DNA of 64,000 nt, from the NCBI GenBank assembly GCA_963809895.1, contig CAWELD010000003.1, forward strand, positions 32,001 to 96,000. The letters are read 5' to 3'. Source of the stretch: an uncultured Gemmatimonadales bacterium (lineage in GTDB: Bacteria > Gemmatimonadota > Gemmatimonadetes > Longimicrobiales > Gaopeijiaceae). Shown one piece after another: positions 27,647-38,070 of the stretch. Under the pieces are notes generated by a model. The model saw only the letters and a program-made list of their open reading frames with translations, had not been told where the DNA came from and ran no database searches. How positions within the stretch are numbered: the first letter of the stretch is position 1; the number at the start of each line of letters is the position of its first letter. A program made the translations under genes and the position numbers.

Positions 27647-28501
27647 TCACGCGTCGAAGCGATAGCCGTCCAGGTAGTCGTGTTCCGTCACCAGCTCGGC
27701 GACCTCGTTCCGGAGGTCGTGGGGCCAGGACACCCGATGCCGGCTGTGGTGAGGGCTGGTGCGTACGATGGACGCGCACGCCTCCAGATAACCGGGGGTG
27801 GTGTCCAGACCCAGGAAGTCGCACAGCCGGTCCAATTCCATGGCCGGAGCGGCCAGGAACGCCTCGTGCCGGAGGGTGAAGAGGTGCCGACGAGGCAGCC
27901 GGTCACGAATCTGCGTGGCTGTGGCGCACAGGTATCGGTAGCGATCCAGCGCCAGCCTCAGATCCGGCTCGCCACCGGCTTCCAGGGCCGCGCGGGTGGC
28001 CATGGTCGTGACGTTGTCGTAGGGATTGCGCACGACATGCACGACACGGGGGTCGTGGAGCTTTGCGAGCACCCGGTCGAGAAGCTCCGGACGCCCTCCG
28101 ATCCGCAGCGTGGCGCCCTCCGCTTGCTTGTCGCCGATCACCCGCAGGCTACGGTACCGACCCTGCCACATCCCGTCCACGTGGTACACGTACTCGCCGG
28201 AAGACACCCAGCGACGGTCACCGCCCTCCAGCGCCGTGTCCAGGATCATCTGATAGAGGCGGTTTCGCCCGAAGCCGGCACGCACATGCTGCATGGCCGC
28301 CGTCTCGTGGCCGAGCACCACGTCCGGATGCGCGTCCAGGAGCGCCCCGATCAGGGTGTGACCGCTGCGCGGGTAGCCGATGAACATGCAGTAATGCTCG
28401 ACGCGGTCGAAGAGCTCGGCGTTGGCCCGGCTGGTGCGACCGGTTCGCAGCCACGTGCGGGCCAGGCGAACGGTGTCGCTCAGGACGGTTCCGAGGGTCA
28501 C
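27647..28501 (-). CDS. Sulfotransferase (Sulfotransfer_3 / TPST-like)
   Basis: AGGAG SD then GTG 28501; IGYPRSGHTL (5'-PSB), RNPYD (3'-PB), LRHE. Confidence 0.8.
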   Translation of the reverse strand: MTLGTVLSDTVRLARTWLRTGRTSRANAELFDRVEHYCMFIGYPRSGHTLIGALLDAHPDVVLGHETAAMQHVRAGFGRNRLYQMILDTALEGGDRRWVSSGEYVYHVDGMWQGRYRSLRVIGDKQAEGATLRIGGRPELLDRVLAKLHDPRVVHVVRNPYDNVTTMATRAALEAGGEPDLRLALDRYRYLCATATQIRDRLPRRHLFTLRHEAFLAAPAMELDRLCDFLGLDTTPGYLEACASIVRTSPHHSRHRVSWPHDLRNEVAELVTEHDYLDGYRFDA

Positions 28502-30004
28502 GGCCGATCTCCTGGCGTGGACGGGTCCACGGATGCGGGCAGCCCACCCCGGAGCATGGCGACGAAGGCTCGCATCTCGGAGATGCGAAACTCGCCCGAG
28601 GAGCCAGAACAGCACCGGAATCGCGAACAGGCACAGCGCCAGCCACAGCACGAGCAGGACGCCTCCGTCGGGACCGACGGAGGCCAGCTTCCACGTTGCG
28701 ACGGCGATCCCTGTGGCACGGAGCACGGTGAGGAGCGGGAGTCGCACCCGCCACAGGCCCCATACCAGGCCCAGGCCCAGCAGCGCGGCCGCGACGCTCC
28801 CCGATACGGTCGCCATGGCCGCCCCCCGGGCTCCGTACGGTGGAATGAGCGCGAGGAATCCCGCTCCGGCCACCACCAGCGAAGCCACGGCCAACAGCAC
28901 GATGGAACGCCCTCGATCCATGACGATGAGGACCGAATTGCAGGCGGCGCTCACGATCAGGGCCGGAGCCATGAAGATGAGGACGGCGAGGATGGGGCCC
29001 GCCGCTTCGAAGTGGGTCCCGTACGCCAGCCGGGTGATGGGCGACGACGCGCCGCTCACGACGGCGGCGACCGCCACCAGCACCATCGCCAGCCGCAGGA
29101 AGTCGCGCACCAGGCGGTGGGCGTGCTCGGGATCACCCTGCACGTAGGCTCGGTTCATGCTGGACAGGAGGAGCGGGGCGAACGCCGTGGCCAGCAGGCC
29201 AGGGACCAGCGCCAGCGTCTGCGCCGAGCCGTACAGGCCGGCATCACTCGCCGATCCGCCCAGCGCCTTCAGGGCGAAGAGGTCGAGGCGGGTGGTGAGA
29301 CTCTTGGTGAGTCCCGCCAGGAGGAGCGGAGCTCCGAACGCCAGGAGAGGCCGGACGGGAAATCCAGGGCCGAAGAGAGGAATGCGGGCCCGACGACGGG
29401 CCAGCGCCAGCGTAGCGAGGGATGCCGCGACCGCACCCAGCAAGGCGCCGGACACGCCGAATCCCAGGAGGACCAGCGAGACGATGAAAATCAGCCGCGC
29501 GATCCAGAACCCGGCCCGGGCCAGCGCCCGTGCGCGGAACCGACCCAGGCCCACCAGCACGTGGATGTGCCCCTGGGCCGCCGCCTCCACCGGGAGAGAC
29601 AACGCGAACAGCCGCAGATATCCGGTGAGGGACGGCTCACCCAGTCCAGCGGCGACCCAGGGAGCTCCGAGCGCGACGGCCGCGGCCAGCAGCGACCCGG
29701 CCACCAGGTGAAGGCGCAGGACGGCGGTCGCCACCGGCTTCCAGTCGTCTTCCTGGCTCACGTACTTGATGGCCGCCCGGCTCAGGAGCGAGCCGATGGC
29801 GACCTGGAGGACCATGACGAAGCTGACGGTCAGGGCATAGCGTCCGTAGTCCGCCGTGCCGAGAAGGCGCGTCAGGAAGGCGGCGGTGGCCAGGCCGGAG
29901 GGCAGAGCCATGCCCTCGCCGATCAGGCCCCACATGGTCCCGTCCAGCAGATGCCGGCGCGTCGCCTGTTCCCGCGACGAACCGGACGTGCTGACCCCGG
30001 TCAC
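28498..30004 (-). CDS. Oligosaccharide flippase (Wzx/MOP family), apparent +1 frameshift near 28596
   Basis: TRLLGTADYGRY, about 12-14 TMs, AGLYGSA; natural C-terminus GEFRISEMRAFVAMLRG...DRP* lies in the shifted frame and overlaps the next GTG. Confidence 0.8.
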
Positions 30005-30867
30005 ACGCACCACCCCTCGAAGGCCTGACCGGTCATGTGGCGGAGACGTGCCACGTCGTCGGCGAAGAGCTCGAGGAGGCGCGCCCTGATGCGCGGTGGG
30101 ATGGGGTCGGGCTCGACTCTTCGTGAGACGGGCCAGTAGACGATGTCTTCCATCATCCATCCCCACGGAGCCGGGAGTCGGGCGACGGCGCGCATGGGTG
30201 CGGTGCGGGACAGTCGTTCGCCGGCCTCCGTCAGGCGTCGCTTGCGCGCCGATCGATGGCTCCGGCGCCGGAACCAGACGGAGCGGAACGAAGGGTCGAC
30301 GCCCAGGAAGCTGAAGATCTCCTCGAGGGTCTCGACCCGGGCCGCGTCGAGGCGCTCGGATTGCACGACCTGGATCCGGTCCGGAGAGAAGTGCTCCAGG
30401 AAGGGCTCCAACTGGCTGGCGTACAGGCTTCGCACCACGTAGGGCGACGTGACTCCCTCTTCGGCGAGGGCGTCGGCGAGCCCTCGATCCTCGCGGCCGT
30501 CGGCCACGCGGTGGTGGTAATGGGACCGAGTCCGCCGCAAGGGATCCCGGACGACGTAGATGAGTCGGGCGTCGGGGAGGAGCGCCTTCATCCGACGTGC
30601 GGTGTCGGGGAAGCGCTCACGGAAGCTGTACGACGGGGAGGTCTCTCCGCGCACGGGTCGGTCGGAGTCGAACCAGGACCGGTACCAGGCCTCGCCCCGG
30701 TCCCACTCCTTGGTGAAGAAGTCGAGCTCCTTGCGGCGCGACATACCGATGTCGGGGTGACGCGCCAGGTAGCGATGAAGGCTCGTGGTCCCGCACTTCT
30801 GGGCGCCGATGACGACCAGATTGGGCAGGTCCCGGGCGCCGCCGGCGGGGAAGGTCTCGCGCTCCAT
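30001..30867 (-). CDS. Sulfotransferase (Sulfotransfer_1, heparan-sulfate sulfotransferase-like)
   Basis: IGAQKCGTTSL, KELDFF, GETSPSY, RDPLRRTRSHY. Confidence 0.88.
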   Translation of the reverse strand: MERETFPAGGARDLPNLVVIGAQKCGTTSLHRYLARHPDIGMSRRKELDFFTKEWDRGEAWYRSWFDSDRPVRGETSPSYSFRERFPDTARRMKALLPDARLIYVVRDPLRRTRSHYHHRVADGREDRGLADALAEEGVTSPYVVRSLYASQLEPFLEHFSPDRIQVVQSERLDAARVETLEEIFSFLGVDPSFRSVWFRRRSHRSARKRRLTEAGERLSRTAPMRAVARLPAPWGWMMEDIVYWPVSRRVEPDPIPPRIRARLLELFADDVARLRHMTGQAFEGWCV

Positions 30868-30933
30868 GGCTGCAGTTTAGCAGGTTGCTCCACGGAGGAC
30901 ACCGTATCGACGATCCCTGGAGAAGGACGACCC

Positions 30934-31926
30934 ATGACAACCTGGGCTCTCACGGGCGCTACCGGCTTCATCGGCCGCCACCTCGTACATCGGCTCCTCG
31001 AGGACGGCGACCAGGTCCGGGCCCTGGTTCGGCCCGAGAGCGAAGGGGCCGAATTGCCCGACGGGGTTCAACGGCTCGTGGTGGCTCTCGACGACGAAGA
31101 CGGGCTCGAAGCGGCGCTCCAGGGGGTCGACGTGGTCGAGCATCTGGCCGCCCCCCGCCGCCAAGTGGTCATGGTGAACGGTCGGCCGATCCGGGCCGGC
31201 GGGCGCCCGGGCGACCCGGCGATCCTGGTGGAGGCATCGGAGCGGCTGGCCCGGGCCGCGGGCCGGGCAGGGGTACGGCGCATGGTCGTCACGAGCTCCA
31301 CTGCCGTCTACGGCCACCCGTGGACGACCGTGCACGAGGAATCGCCTACCGGACCGATCACCGAGTACGGACGCCAGCGGCTCGAGGGAGAGCGCGTCAC
31401 CCGCCAGGCCGCGGATCGGAGCGGACTGGAGCTGGTCGTGGCCCGACTCAGCGAGACGTTCGGTCCCGGAGGCACCTCGCACGCGGCGTTCTTCGGCGCC
31501 GTCGCCGACGGCGGCTTCCGGGTGGTGGGTGGCGGCAGGCAGCGCCACCAGATGGGGTACGTGGAGGACACGGCTCGGGCCCTGGTGGCGTGTGGCCGTG
31601 TGCCGACCGCGGCCGGTCGCATCTACCTGGTCTCGGGCGCCGAATGGTCCTTCCGGGACCTGGTCGAGAGCATGGGGCGGGCCGCGGGCAAGGCGGTCTC
31701 CTTCACGCCCTTCCTCGGTCCGCCGGCCCGTCTGGTGGCTCGGGCGGCCGAGCGTTGGCCGTGGTCCGGCGGGGCCGCGTTGAGTCGGATCCTGGACTAT
31801 CACCTGCGACCGCGCTCGTACGATCTGTCACGGACCCGCGCCGATCTCGGGCTCCCTCCGTCGACGCCCCTGGACCGGGCGGTGGCGGTCACCATGGCGT
31901 GGTATCGCCCCGATGCGGTGGAATGA
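30934..31926 (+). CDS. NAD-dependent epimerase/dehydratase (extended SDR)
   Basis: TGATGFIG, HLAA, SSTAVYG, YGRQR. Confidence 0.85.
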   Translation: MTTWALTGATGFIGRHLVHRLLEDGDQVRALVRPESEGAELPDGVQRLVVALDDEDGLEAALQGVDVVEHLAAPRRQVVMVNGRPIRAGGRPGDPAILVEASERLARAAGRAGVRRMVVTSSTAVYGHPWTTVHEESPTGPITEYGRQRLEGERVTRQAADRSGLELVVARLSETFGPGGTSHAAFFGAVADGGFRVVGGGRQRHQMGYVEDTARALVACGRVPTAAGRIYLVSGAEWSFRDLVESMGRAAGKAVSFTPFLGPPARLVARAAERWPWSGGAALSRILDYHLRPRSYDLSRTRADLGLPPSTPLDRAVAVTMAWYRPDAVE

Positions 31927-31965
31927 CCGGGGCCCGGGCGGGAAGGGAGCCCCCGGACCGGGTGC

Positions 31966-33060
31966 TCAGTGCCGCGGTCTGGCGAAGATGCGGGCCCACT
32001 CCGCGTAGGCGGGCTTACGGTTCAGGTTCGAGTCCAGGAGTCCCATGTGGGCGAAATTCGACAATCCCTGGGCTCGGTCCGGGGGCAGCCCCAGCGCGTC
32101 GATGTCCAGGTCCGTGAAGGTGAGCATCACCCAGGCCCGGGCGTCGATGCCGTCCAGGAGCGTTTCGTAACGCTTGAGGAAGTCGACCTGCTGTTGTGGC
32201 GTGCCCGTGGCCCAGGGCACCGTGGCCGAGCTCCATCCCCCCTCCACCATGAGAAGGGGGAGATCCGTGGCATCGTCGAAGGGCGTGAAGTAGTCGTCGG
32301 GGATGTCGTCGGGACTGTCGAAGGCGAAGACCGGATACGAGGACAGCCCCAGTGCGTCGATGTCGTAGTCGTCGATGAGGGCGAAATGGTCGATGACGGG
32401 ATCCCCCAGCTTGCCGTTGGCCTGATCGGCCTGGAACGAGACGAACACCTTCGTGCCCGGGCTCCGCTGACGGACCTGCGGCGCCAGGTCGTTGATCATG
32501 CCCAGCACGGCGGCGTAGAGATCGGGGTCACCCAGCGCCGCCAGCGTGTTGATCTCCGACGCCAGGCCGAACCATTCGGGCTGCACCCTCGAGGCGATCT
32601 TCAGCACCCATTCGTCGTGCAGGGCCCGGATCTCCGGCTCCTCGATGCTCCGGCCGGCCGTCACCAGTCCGGGATCCTCCTTGCGCCGGTCCAACCCGTC
32701 CAGGGGATCGACCAGGAAGATGATGTCCAGGCCCTTGAGGCGGAGGAAATCAGCCAGCCCGCCCCGGTCCTCCACCAGGCTGTCCAGCGATGCGCCGGCG
32801 AGGATCTGCGCCCACGGCACCGGTTGCTGGATGATGGTGATGTCCGCCACCTGCGCCATGGAATCCACGAGCTGGAGCAGGAGCTCGGTGTCCGGCCGGG
32901 GTGCCCCAGGCGCGAAGCCCATGGCATAGGTGCGCGCCGGGGTGTCGTCGGGCGGCTCGGGCGGGCCCGACCCGTCATCGGAGCCGCCGCACCCCGGGAC
33001 CACCAGGGCCCCGAGGGCGACGATCGCGCCGAGCCGCACCCACCCCACGCCGCGCTTCAT
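31966..33060 (-). CDS. Lipoprotein, putative clan GH-A TIM-barrel glycoside hydrolase
   Basis: Lipobox VPGC; LASEIN, GLSSYP, LMVEGGW, MGLLD...KPAYAEW. Confidence 0.6.
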   Translation of the reverse strand: MKRGVGWVRLGAIVALGALVVPGCGGSDDGSGPPEPPDDTPARTYAMGFAPGAPRPDTELLLQLVDSMAQVADITIIQQPVPWAQILAGASLDSLVEDRGGLADFLRLKGLDIIFLVDPLDGLDRRKEDPGLVTAGRSIEEPEIRALHDEWVLKIASRVQPEWFGLASEINTLAALGDPDLYAAVLGMINDLAPQVRQRSPGTKVFVSFQADQANGKLGDPVIDHFALIDDYDIDALGLSSYPVFAFDSPDDIPDDYFTPFDDATDLPLLMVEGGWSSATVPWATGTPQQQVDFLKRYETLLDGIDARAWVMLTFTDLDIDALGLPPDRAQGLSNFAHMGLLDSNLNRKPAYAEWARIFARPRH

Positions 33061-35669
33061 CGCCCGCCGGTCTTCTCCTGCTCCACCTGGAGCTGGACGA
33101 TGTCGGCGTTCCAGCGGTGGTCGCCGAGCAGGTTCTTCACGAAGTACTCGGCCCGCAGCCAGTACCAGTAATCGCTCATGTTGCCGTAGCCGTGGCGGGC
33201 GTCGGGGAACGCGAAGAAGTCGAAGCGCTTGTTGGCCTTGATGAGCGCCGCGGCCATGCGAAGCGTGTTGGCCGGGTGGACGTTGTTGTCCGCGGTGCCG
33301 GTGGTGAGAAGCAGGTGGCCTTTCAGGTTGGCCGCCAGGTCCGGGTTCTTGTCGATGGAATACTCGAACGACACCTCGCCTTCGTCGTCCACCACCTCCT
33401 TGACCCCGTGGTGCGTCTCGGACCACCAACGGTTGTAGATGTCGTTGGTGTGGTTGCCCGACGACGACACGGCCACCTTGAAGAAGTCCGGATAGACGAG
33501 CATGGCCGCGGTGGACATGAATCCGCCGCCGGAGTGTCCGTAGATGCCGACCCGGTCCAGATCGATGAAGTCGAAGCGGTCCGCGAGCTGCTCCGCGGCG
33601 GCCTTCTTATCGGCCAGGCCGTAATCGCGCAGGTTGCCGTATCCGTAGTTGTGGTACCACTTCGAGCGCTCGGGGCTGCCGCCGCGGTTCCCCACCGTGA
33701 TGACGATCATGCCGAACTGGGCCAGGCCCGTCTCGTAGGCCGCCGACGAGAACGACTTGGCCACCGATTCCGTCTGCGGTCCGGGATAGACGTATTCCAC
33801 GATGGGATACTGCTTCGCGGCGTCGAAGTCGAAGGGCTTGTACATCACGCCGTACAGGTCGGTGACACCGTCCGCCGCCTTCACCGAGAAGGGCTCGGGG
33901 AGCTGGTACCCGGCCGCCATGAGTTGGGAGAAGTCGGCGGTCTCGAGCTCCATGACCTGGCGTCCGGTGCGGTCCCGGAGCACGGCGGCGGGCACGGTGT
34001 TGACCCGCGAGAAGTTGTCCACGAAGAAGCGGTTCGACTCGTTCAGGCTGACCCGGTGGTCGAAATCGCCGGGATCCAGGAGCTGAAGGCCGCTCCCGTC
34101 CAGGTTCACGCGGTACAGATGGTGGTAGTACGGATCCTCGCCCTCTTCCCGGCCGTCGGCCAGGAAGTAGACCACGCCGTTGGCGTCGTCCACGCCCTCG
34201 ATGTTCCGGACCGAGAACGGACCCTGCGTGAGCTGGTTCTTCATGGTCCCGTCACGGCCGTAGCGGTACAGGTGCGCCCACCCGTCCTGTTCCGACCACC
34301 AGAGGAGATCTCCGTTGGCCAGGAGCTCCGGGTCCTGGGACTCCATGTAGGTGTTGAGGCGGTCGGCGATGACCGTGTGCGTCTCGCCGGTGGCCGCGTC
34401 GGCCAGCATCACGTCGGTCTTGTGGCGGTCGCGGCTCAGCCGGTAGAACCAGAAGTCGTCGGAGCTGTCGGAGAGCCACAGCGAGCGCCGGGGTTCCCGG
34501 GAGTCCGGGTAGTTGAACTGACGATCCGTGGCGATGGAGATGGACTCGTCCTTCCACGGCTCGTACTCCGGCTTCACCATCTGGCGGTCCTGGAGATCGT
34601 AGATCCAGACCTCCTGCTGGGTGACGTTCTCCTCGCCGGGCATGTCGTACTTGTAGGTCTCCAGCTCGGGCCGCTTGTTGCCCGTGGAGTGGATCACCCA
34701 CAGGTCGCCCACCTCGCGCTGATCCGAGCGCACGCCGGCGAAGCGCCGGGAGTCCCTGGACCAGGAGATGTTGGCGCGCTTGCGCTCGTGCTTGTGCTTC
34801 TCGACCTCGTTGTCGGTGTCGCCGCGGTCGCCCCCGCCGTAGCTGTAGTCCTCCTCGCCGTCGGTGGTGAGCTGGACCTCGTTCACCTCGACCTTCATGT
34901 CGGCGCTGTCCGCCTGGGCGCCTTCCTTGCCACGGCGGGCGTCGAGGATCTTCTGATAGTCCTCGGCGGTCATCAGGTAGAGGTTGTAGTCCCGGGCGAA
35001 GACGATGGTGTTGCCGTCGGGCGACACGCTGGCCCAGGAGGGATGATTGTCCGGCGCCTCGTAGTCCTCGAGCTCGCGCAGCGTCTGCGTGCCGATGTCG
35101 TACTCGAAGTGGAACATCTTCTTCTTCGTGCGCTGGCGCTGCTGACGACCCTGCTGCTCCTCCTGTTGCTCCTCGTCCACCTCGGTGGTGTCCTGCTTTT
35201 CTTCGTCCTGCGACGACTGCACGTCGAAGTGGATCGTGTTGCCGTCCAGGAAGCGGATGCTCCGAATGGGCAGATGCTTGGCGTTCCAGGGGTCCTTCGT
35301 GATGCGCGTCAGCTCCGCAGCCAGACGGTCCCGGTCGAAGACCTGACGCTTGGTGCCCTGCGCGGCGTCGACGATGTAGTAGAAGCTCCCTTCCGAGGTC
35401 TCCCACTCGTACCAGAAGCTCTGCGTGCCCTCGATCCAGCGCGGATTGACGGACGTGCTGTGGATGAGGTCACGGACCTTGTAGGGGGCGAAGCGCGCGG
35501 CCAGCTCGTAGTTGGCGGACCCCGGCCCGCCGACCCAGCCCTCGGGGTGGGGCGGCTCCTGTGCCACGAGCGTGGCCGGATACGAGATGGGAGCGAGGCC
35601 CGTGAGCGCCAGGGCCAGCACCAGGAACAGGCGGCGGACACGCCGGCCTGCGGGTCGGAGCGACTGCAT
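33057..35669 (-). CDS. S9B dipeptidyl-peptidase IV family peptidase
   Basis: DPPIV_N propeller; YPGPQ, GHSGGG, DNNVH, RHGY triad. Confidence 0.92.
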   Translation of the reverse strand: MQSLRPAGRRVRRLFLVLALALTGLAPISYPATLVAQEPPHPEGWVGGPGSANYELAARFAPYKVRDLIHSTSVNPRWIEGTQSFWYEWETSEGSFYYIVDAAQGTKRQVFDRDRLAAELTRITKDPWNAKHLPIRSIRFLDGNTIHFDVQSSQDEEKQDTTEVDEEQQEEQQGRQQRQRTKKKMFHFEYDIGTQTLRELEDYEAPDNHPSWASVSPDGNTIVFARDYNLYLMTAEDYQKILDARRGKEGAQADSADMKVEVNEVQLTTDGEEDYSYGGGDRGDTDNEVEKHKHERKRANISWSRDSRRFAGVRSDQREVGDLWVIHSTGNKRPELETYKYDMPGEENVTQQEVWIYDLQDRQMVKPEYEPWKDESISIATDRQFNYPDSREPRRSLWLSDSSDDFWFYRLSRDRHKTDVMLADAATGETHTVIADRLNTYMESQDPELLANGDLLWWSEQDGWAHLYRYGRDGTMKNQLTQGPFSVRNIEGVDDANGVVYFLADGREEGEDPYYHHLYRVNLDGSGLQLLDPGDFDHRVSLNESNRFFVDNFSRVNTVPAAVLRDRTGRQVMELETADFSQLMAAGYQLPEPFSVKAADGVTDLYGVMYKPFDFDAAKQYPIVEYVYPGPQTESVAKSFSSAAYETGLAQFGMIVITVGNRGGSPERSKWYHNYGYGNLRDYGLADKKAAAEQLADRFDFIDLDRVGIYGHSGGGFMSTAAMLVYPDFFKVAVSSSGNHTNDIYNRWWSETHHGVKEVVDDEGEVSFEYSIDKNPDLAANLKGHLLLTTGTADNNVHPANTLRMAAALIKANKRFDFFAFPDARHGYGNMSDYWYWLRAEYFVKNLLGDHRWNADIVQLQVEQEKTGGR

Positions 35670-35752
35670 GACATCCTCCGTGGATCGGTCTCGAGGGTCG
35701 GTGGCCGGGTGCCAAGAGGCAGCATGGCGCTCCGGATCGCAACCAGGAGCGA

Positions 35753-35791
35753 GCGGGCGCCGGCACCCGAGGGGTGGGCGCCGGCGCCCGC
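35753..35791. repeat. Intergenic hairpin between the two S9 genes
   Basis: GCGGGCGCCGGC...GCCGGCGCCCGC. Confidence 0.5.
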
Positions 35792-35821
35792 CGACCTGAG
35801 CATGCTGTGAGGAGCGACCCG

Positions 35822-37933
35822 TCAGGAGATCCCGGCGCGGGCCGGTAGCTCCTTCATCACCAGGCTCTCGATGAAGAACTCCATCATGCGGTCGGTGTTG
35901 ATCCCGGAGTGCCCACGGTCCGGGCCGACCTGCACCTGGAAGCTCTTCCCGGCGCGCTGCAGCGCCGTGATGAGCTGCATCATGTTCGACGGGTGGACGT
36001 TGTTGTCGGCGGTGCCGTAGTAGAGCATGAGGTCACCCTGAAGCCGGTCGGCGTAGGTCATGGCCGAGCCCGCGTCGTAGCCCGCCGTGTTCTCCTGGGG
36101 CAGCCACATGTAGCGCTCGGTGTAGATCGTGTCGTAGTTGCGCCAGTCCGTGACCGGTGACGAGGCCGACGCCGCGCTGAACACCTCGGGATGGCGCAGC
36201 AGGGCCATGACCGACGCGTAGCCTCCGTACGAGGTGCCGAAGATCCCCACGCGGTCGCCGTCCACGTAGGGGCGCTCCGCCAGCGCCCGCACGCCGGCCG
36301 CCTGATCGTCGATCTCCACCGTGCCGAGCTTCTCGTAGATGGCGTCCAGGAAGTGCTTGCCTCGCCCGGCGGCGCTGCGCGAGTCGAGGCTCACCACCAG
36401 GAATCCCAGCTCGGTGAGGGGGTTGGGCAGGGCGAAGGTCTCGCGGGCGCCGTTGGTGGCCGGGCCGGCGTACACGCTCACCAGAACCGGGTAGCGCTTG
36501 GCCGGATCGAAGTCCGACGGCTTGTTGAGCATGCCGTACAGGGTGGTCTCGCCGTCGTCGGCCATGAACTCGAACAGCTCCACCTTCTGCAGGCCCATGC
36601 GCTCGAAGCCCGACAGGTCGCTGTCCACGATGTCCGCGACCGGGTTGCCGTCGCCGTCCATGAGCCGGCTGACCGGTGCGCTGTCGTGGGTCTGGGCCAC
36701 ATCCACGAACCAGCGCCCGTCGGGTGACACGGACACCGAGTGGTTGAAGGCGGGATCGGTGAGGCGACGGTCCCCGCTTCCGTCGAGTCCCACGCGGTGC
36801 AGCTGGAGCTTCATGGGATTGTCGCCGTCCCGGGCCATGTAGTAGACCACCCCGGCCTCTTCGTCCACGCGGACCAATCCCTCGACCTCGAAGTCGTGGT
36901 GGGTCAGGGTGGTCAGCAGAGCCCCGTCGAGGTCGTAGAGGTAGTAGTTCCGGAAGCCCGTACGCTCGGAGGCCCAGATGAAGCGGTGCCCGTCGGCCAG
37001 GTACTCCATCTCCGGGGAGTTCTCCACCCAGCTCGCCGGCCATTCCTCGCGAACGATGGCCTGGCACGCTCCGGTGGCCGGATCGCACGAGGCGAGCTCC
37101 AGGACGTTCTGCCGCCGGTTGGTGCGGTGCAGGACGATGCGGCTGCCGTCGGGACTCCAGTCCACGCCGTACACGTAGTAGCCCACCACGTCGTTCTCGA
37201 AGGGCTGTCCGTCACGGATGTCCACGTGGGTCGTCTGGCCCGAGCCCACGTCGTAGACGAAGATGTCCACCACGGGATTGTCGACGCCCGCCTTCGGGTA
37301 GGCCTCCACGTCGAGGGAGTCCTGGATGGAGACCTGGTTCATCTGCAGGTAGTAGTCCGGCACCGGGTTCTCGTCGAACCGGTAATAGGCCAGCCTGGAG
37401 CCGTCCGGCGACCACCACATGGCCGTGCGCTGACCGAGCTCCTCGCCGTAGACCCAGCTCGCGGTGCCGTACTTGATCCGCCCCGTATCGCTGCCGTCGG
37501 TGGTGACCGCCACCTCGTCGGTGCCGTCGGCGCGGCTCACGTAGAGGTTCCGGTCGCGGTAGAACGCCCGCAGGCTTCCGTCCGGCGACACGGCCTCCTG
37601 GAACTGACGCCCCCGCGCCGGGCCGCCCCGGCCTCCGAAGCGGCCTCTGGCCTCGGCTTCTCCCAGGTCCGTGGCGGCCCGGGTGGCCACGTCGTAACGG
37701 TACCGGCGTCCCGCGTGCACGTACTCGAAGCTGTGGCCGTCGTCGGCCCAGGTGGCGGAAATGGCCCCGGACACCATGGCGTCGCCCATCTGACGCCGAA
37801 CCTCCTGGTAGCGGTCGTAGCGGGGCATGTTGGGCAGGCGATCCTGCGCCCGGGCATGCCCTGGCGCACCGAGCGCAAGAGAGAGGGCGAGCGCGGCGAG
37901 CACTGGCCTGGTGAGCACGCGATGGAGTTCCAT
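35822..37933 (-). CDS. S9B dipeptidyl-peptidase IV family peptidase
   Basis: WVYGEE, YPKAG, GTSYGG, YDTIYTERYM, DNNVH, GHS. Confidence 0.92.
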   Translation of the reverse strand: MELHRVLTRPVLAALALSLALGAPGHARAQDRLPNMPRYDRYQEVRRQMGDAMVSGAISATWADDGHSFEYVHAGRRYRYDVATRAATDLGEAEARGRFGGRGGPARGRQFQEAVSPDGSLRAFYRDRNLYVSRADGTDEVAVTTDGSDTGRIKYGTASWVYGEELGQRTAMWWSPDGSRLAYYRFDENPVPDYYLQMNQVSIQDSLDVEAYPKAGVDNPVVDIFVYDVGSGQTTHVDIRDGQPFENDVVGYYVYGVDWSPDGSRIVLHRTNRRQNVLELASCDPATGACQAIVREEWPASWVENSPEMEYLADGHRFIWASERTGFRNYYLYDLDGALLTTLTHHDFEVEGLVRVDEEAGVVYYMARDGDNPMKLQLHRVGLDGSGDRRLTDPAFNHSVSVSPDGRWFVDVAQTHDSAPVSRLMDGDGNPVADIVDSDLSGFERMGLQKVELFEFMADDGETTLYGMLNKPSDFDPAKRYPVLVSVYAGPATNGARETFALPNPLTELGFLVVSLDSRSAAGRGKHFLDAIYEKLGTVEIDDQAAGVRALAERPYVDGDRVGIFGTSYGGYASVMALLRHPEVFSAASASSPVTDWRNYDTIYTERYMWLPQENTAGYDAGSAMTYADRLQGDLMLYYGTADNNVHPSNMMQLITALQRAGKSFQVQVGPDRGHSGINTDRMMEFFIESLVMKELPARAGIS

Positions 37934-38041
37934 GGGAGTCACTCGTGAATACGTCCTGGACGTGGACCCCCCCGCACGGGAGGCCGAGACCCCGCAAGCT
38001 CGCAAAGTCCGCGGCCGCCGGGCAAGCGCACGAGAAAATCC

Positions 38042-38070
38042 TTGTCAGGTCGAATCCGGCGTGATAGCGT
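38042..38070 (+). promoter_or_regulatory. Sigma70-type promoter TTGTCA-N17-TAGCGT
   Basis: Canonical spacing upstream of ATG 38147. Confidence 0.5.

Noticed and set aside
27647..30166. 839-aa flippase-sulfotransferase fusion ORF
   Set aside because: Removing one base at the CCC 28595-28597 restores a natural flippase C-terminus whose TGA overlaps the sulfotransferase GTG, which has its own AGGAG SD; most likely an indel artefact
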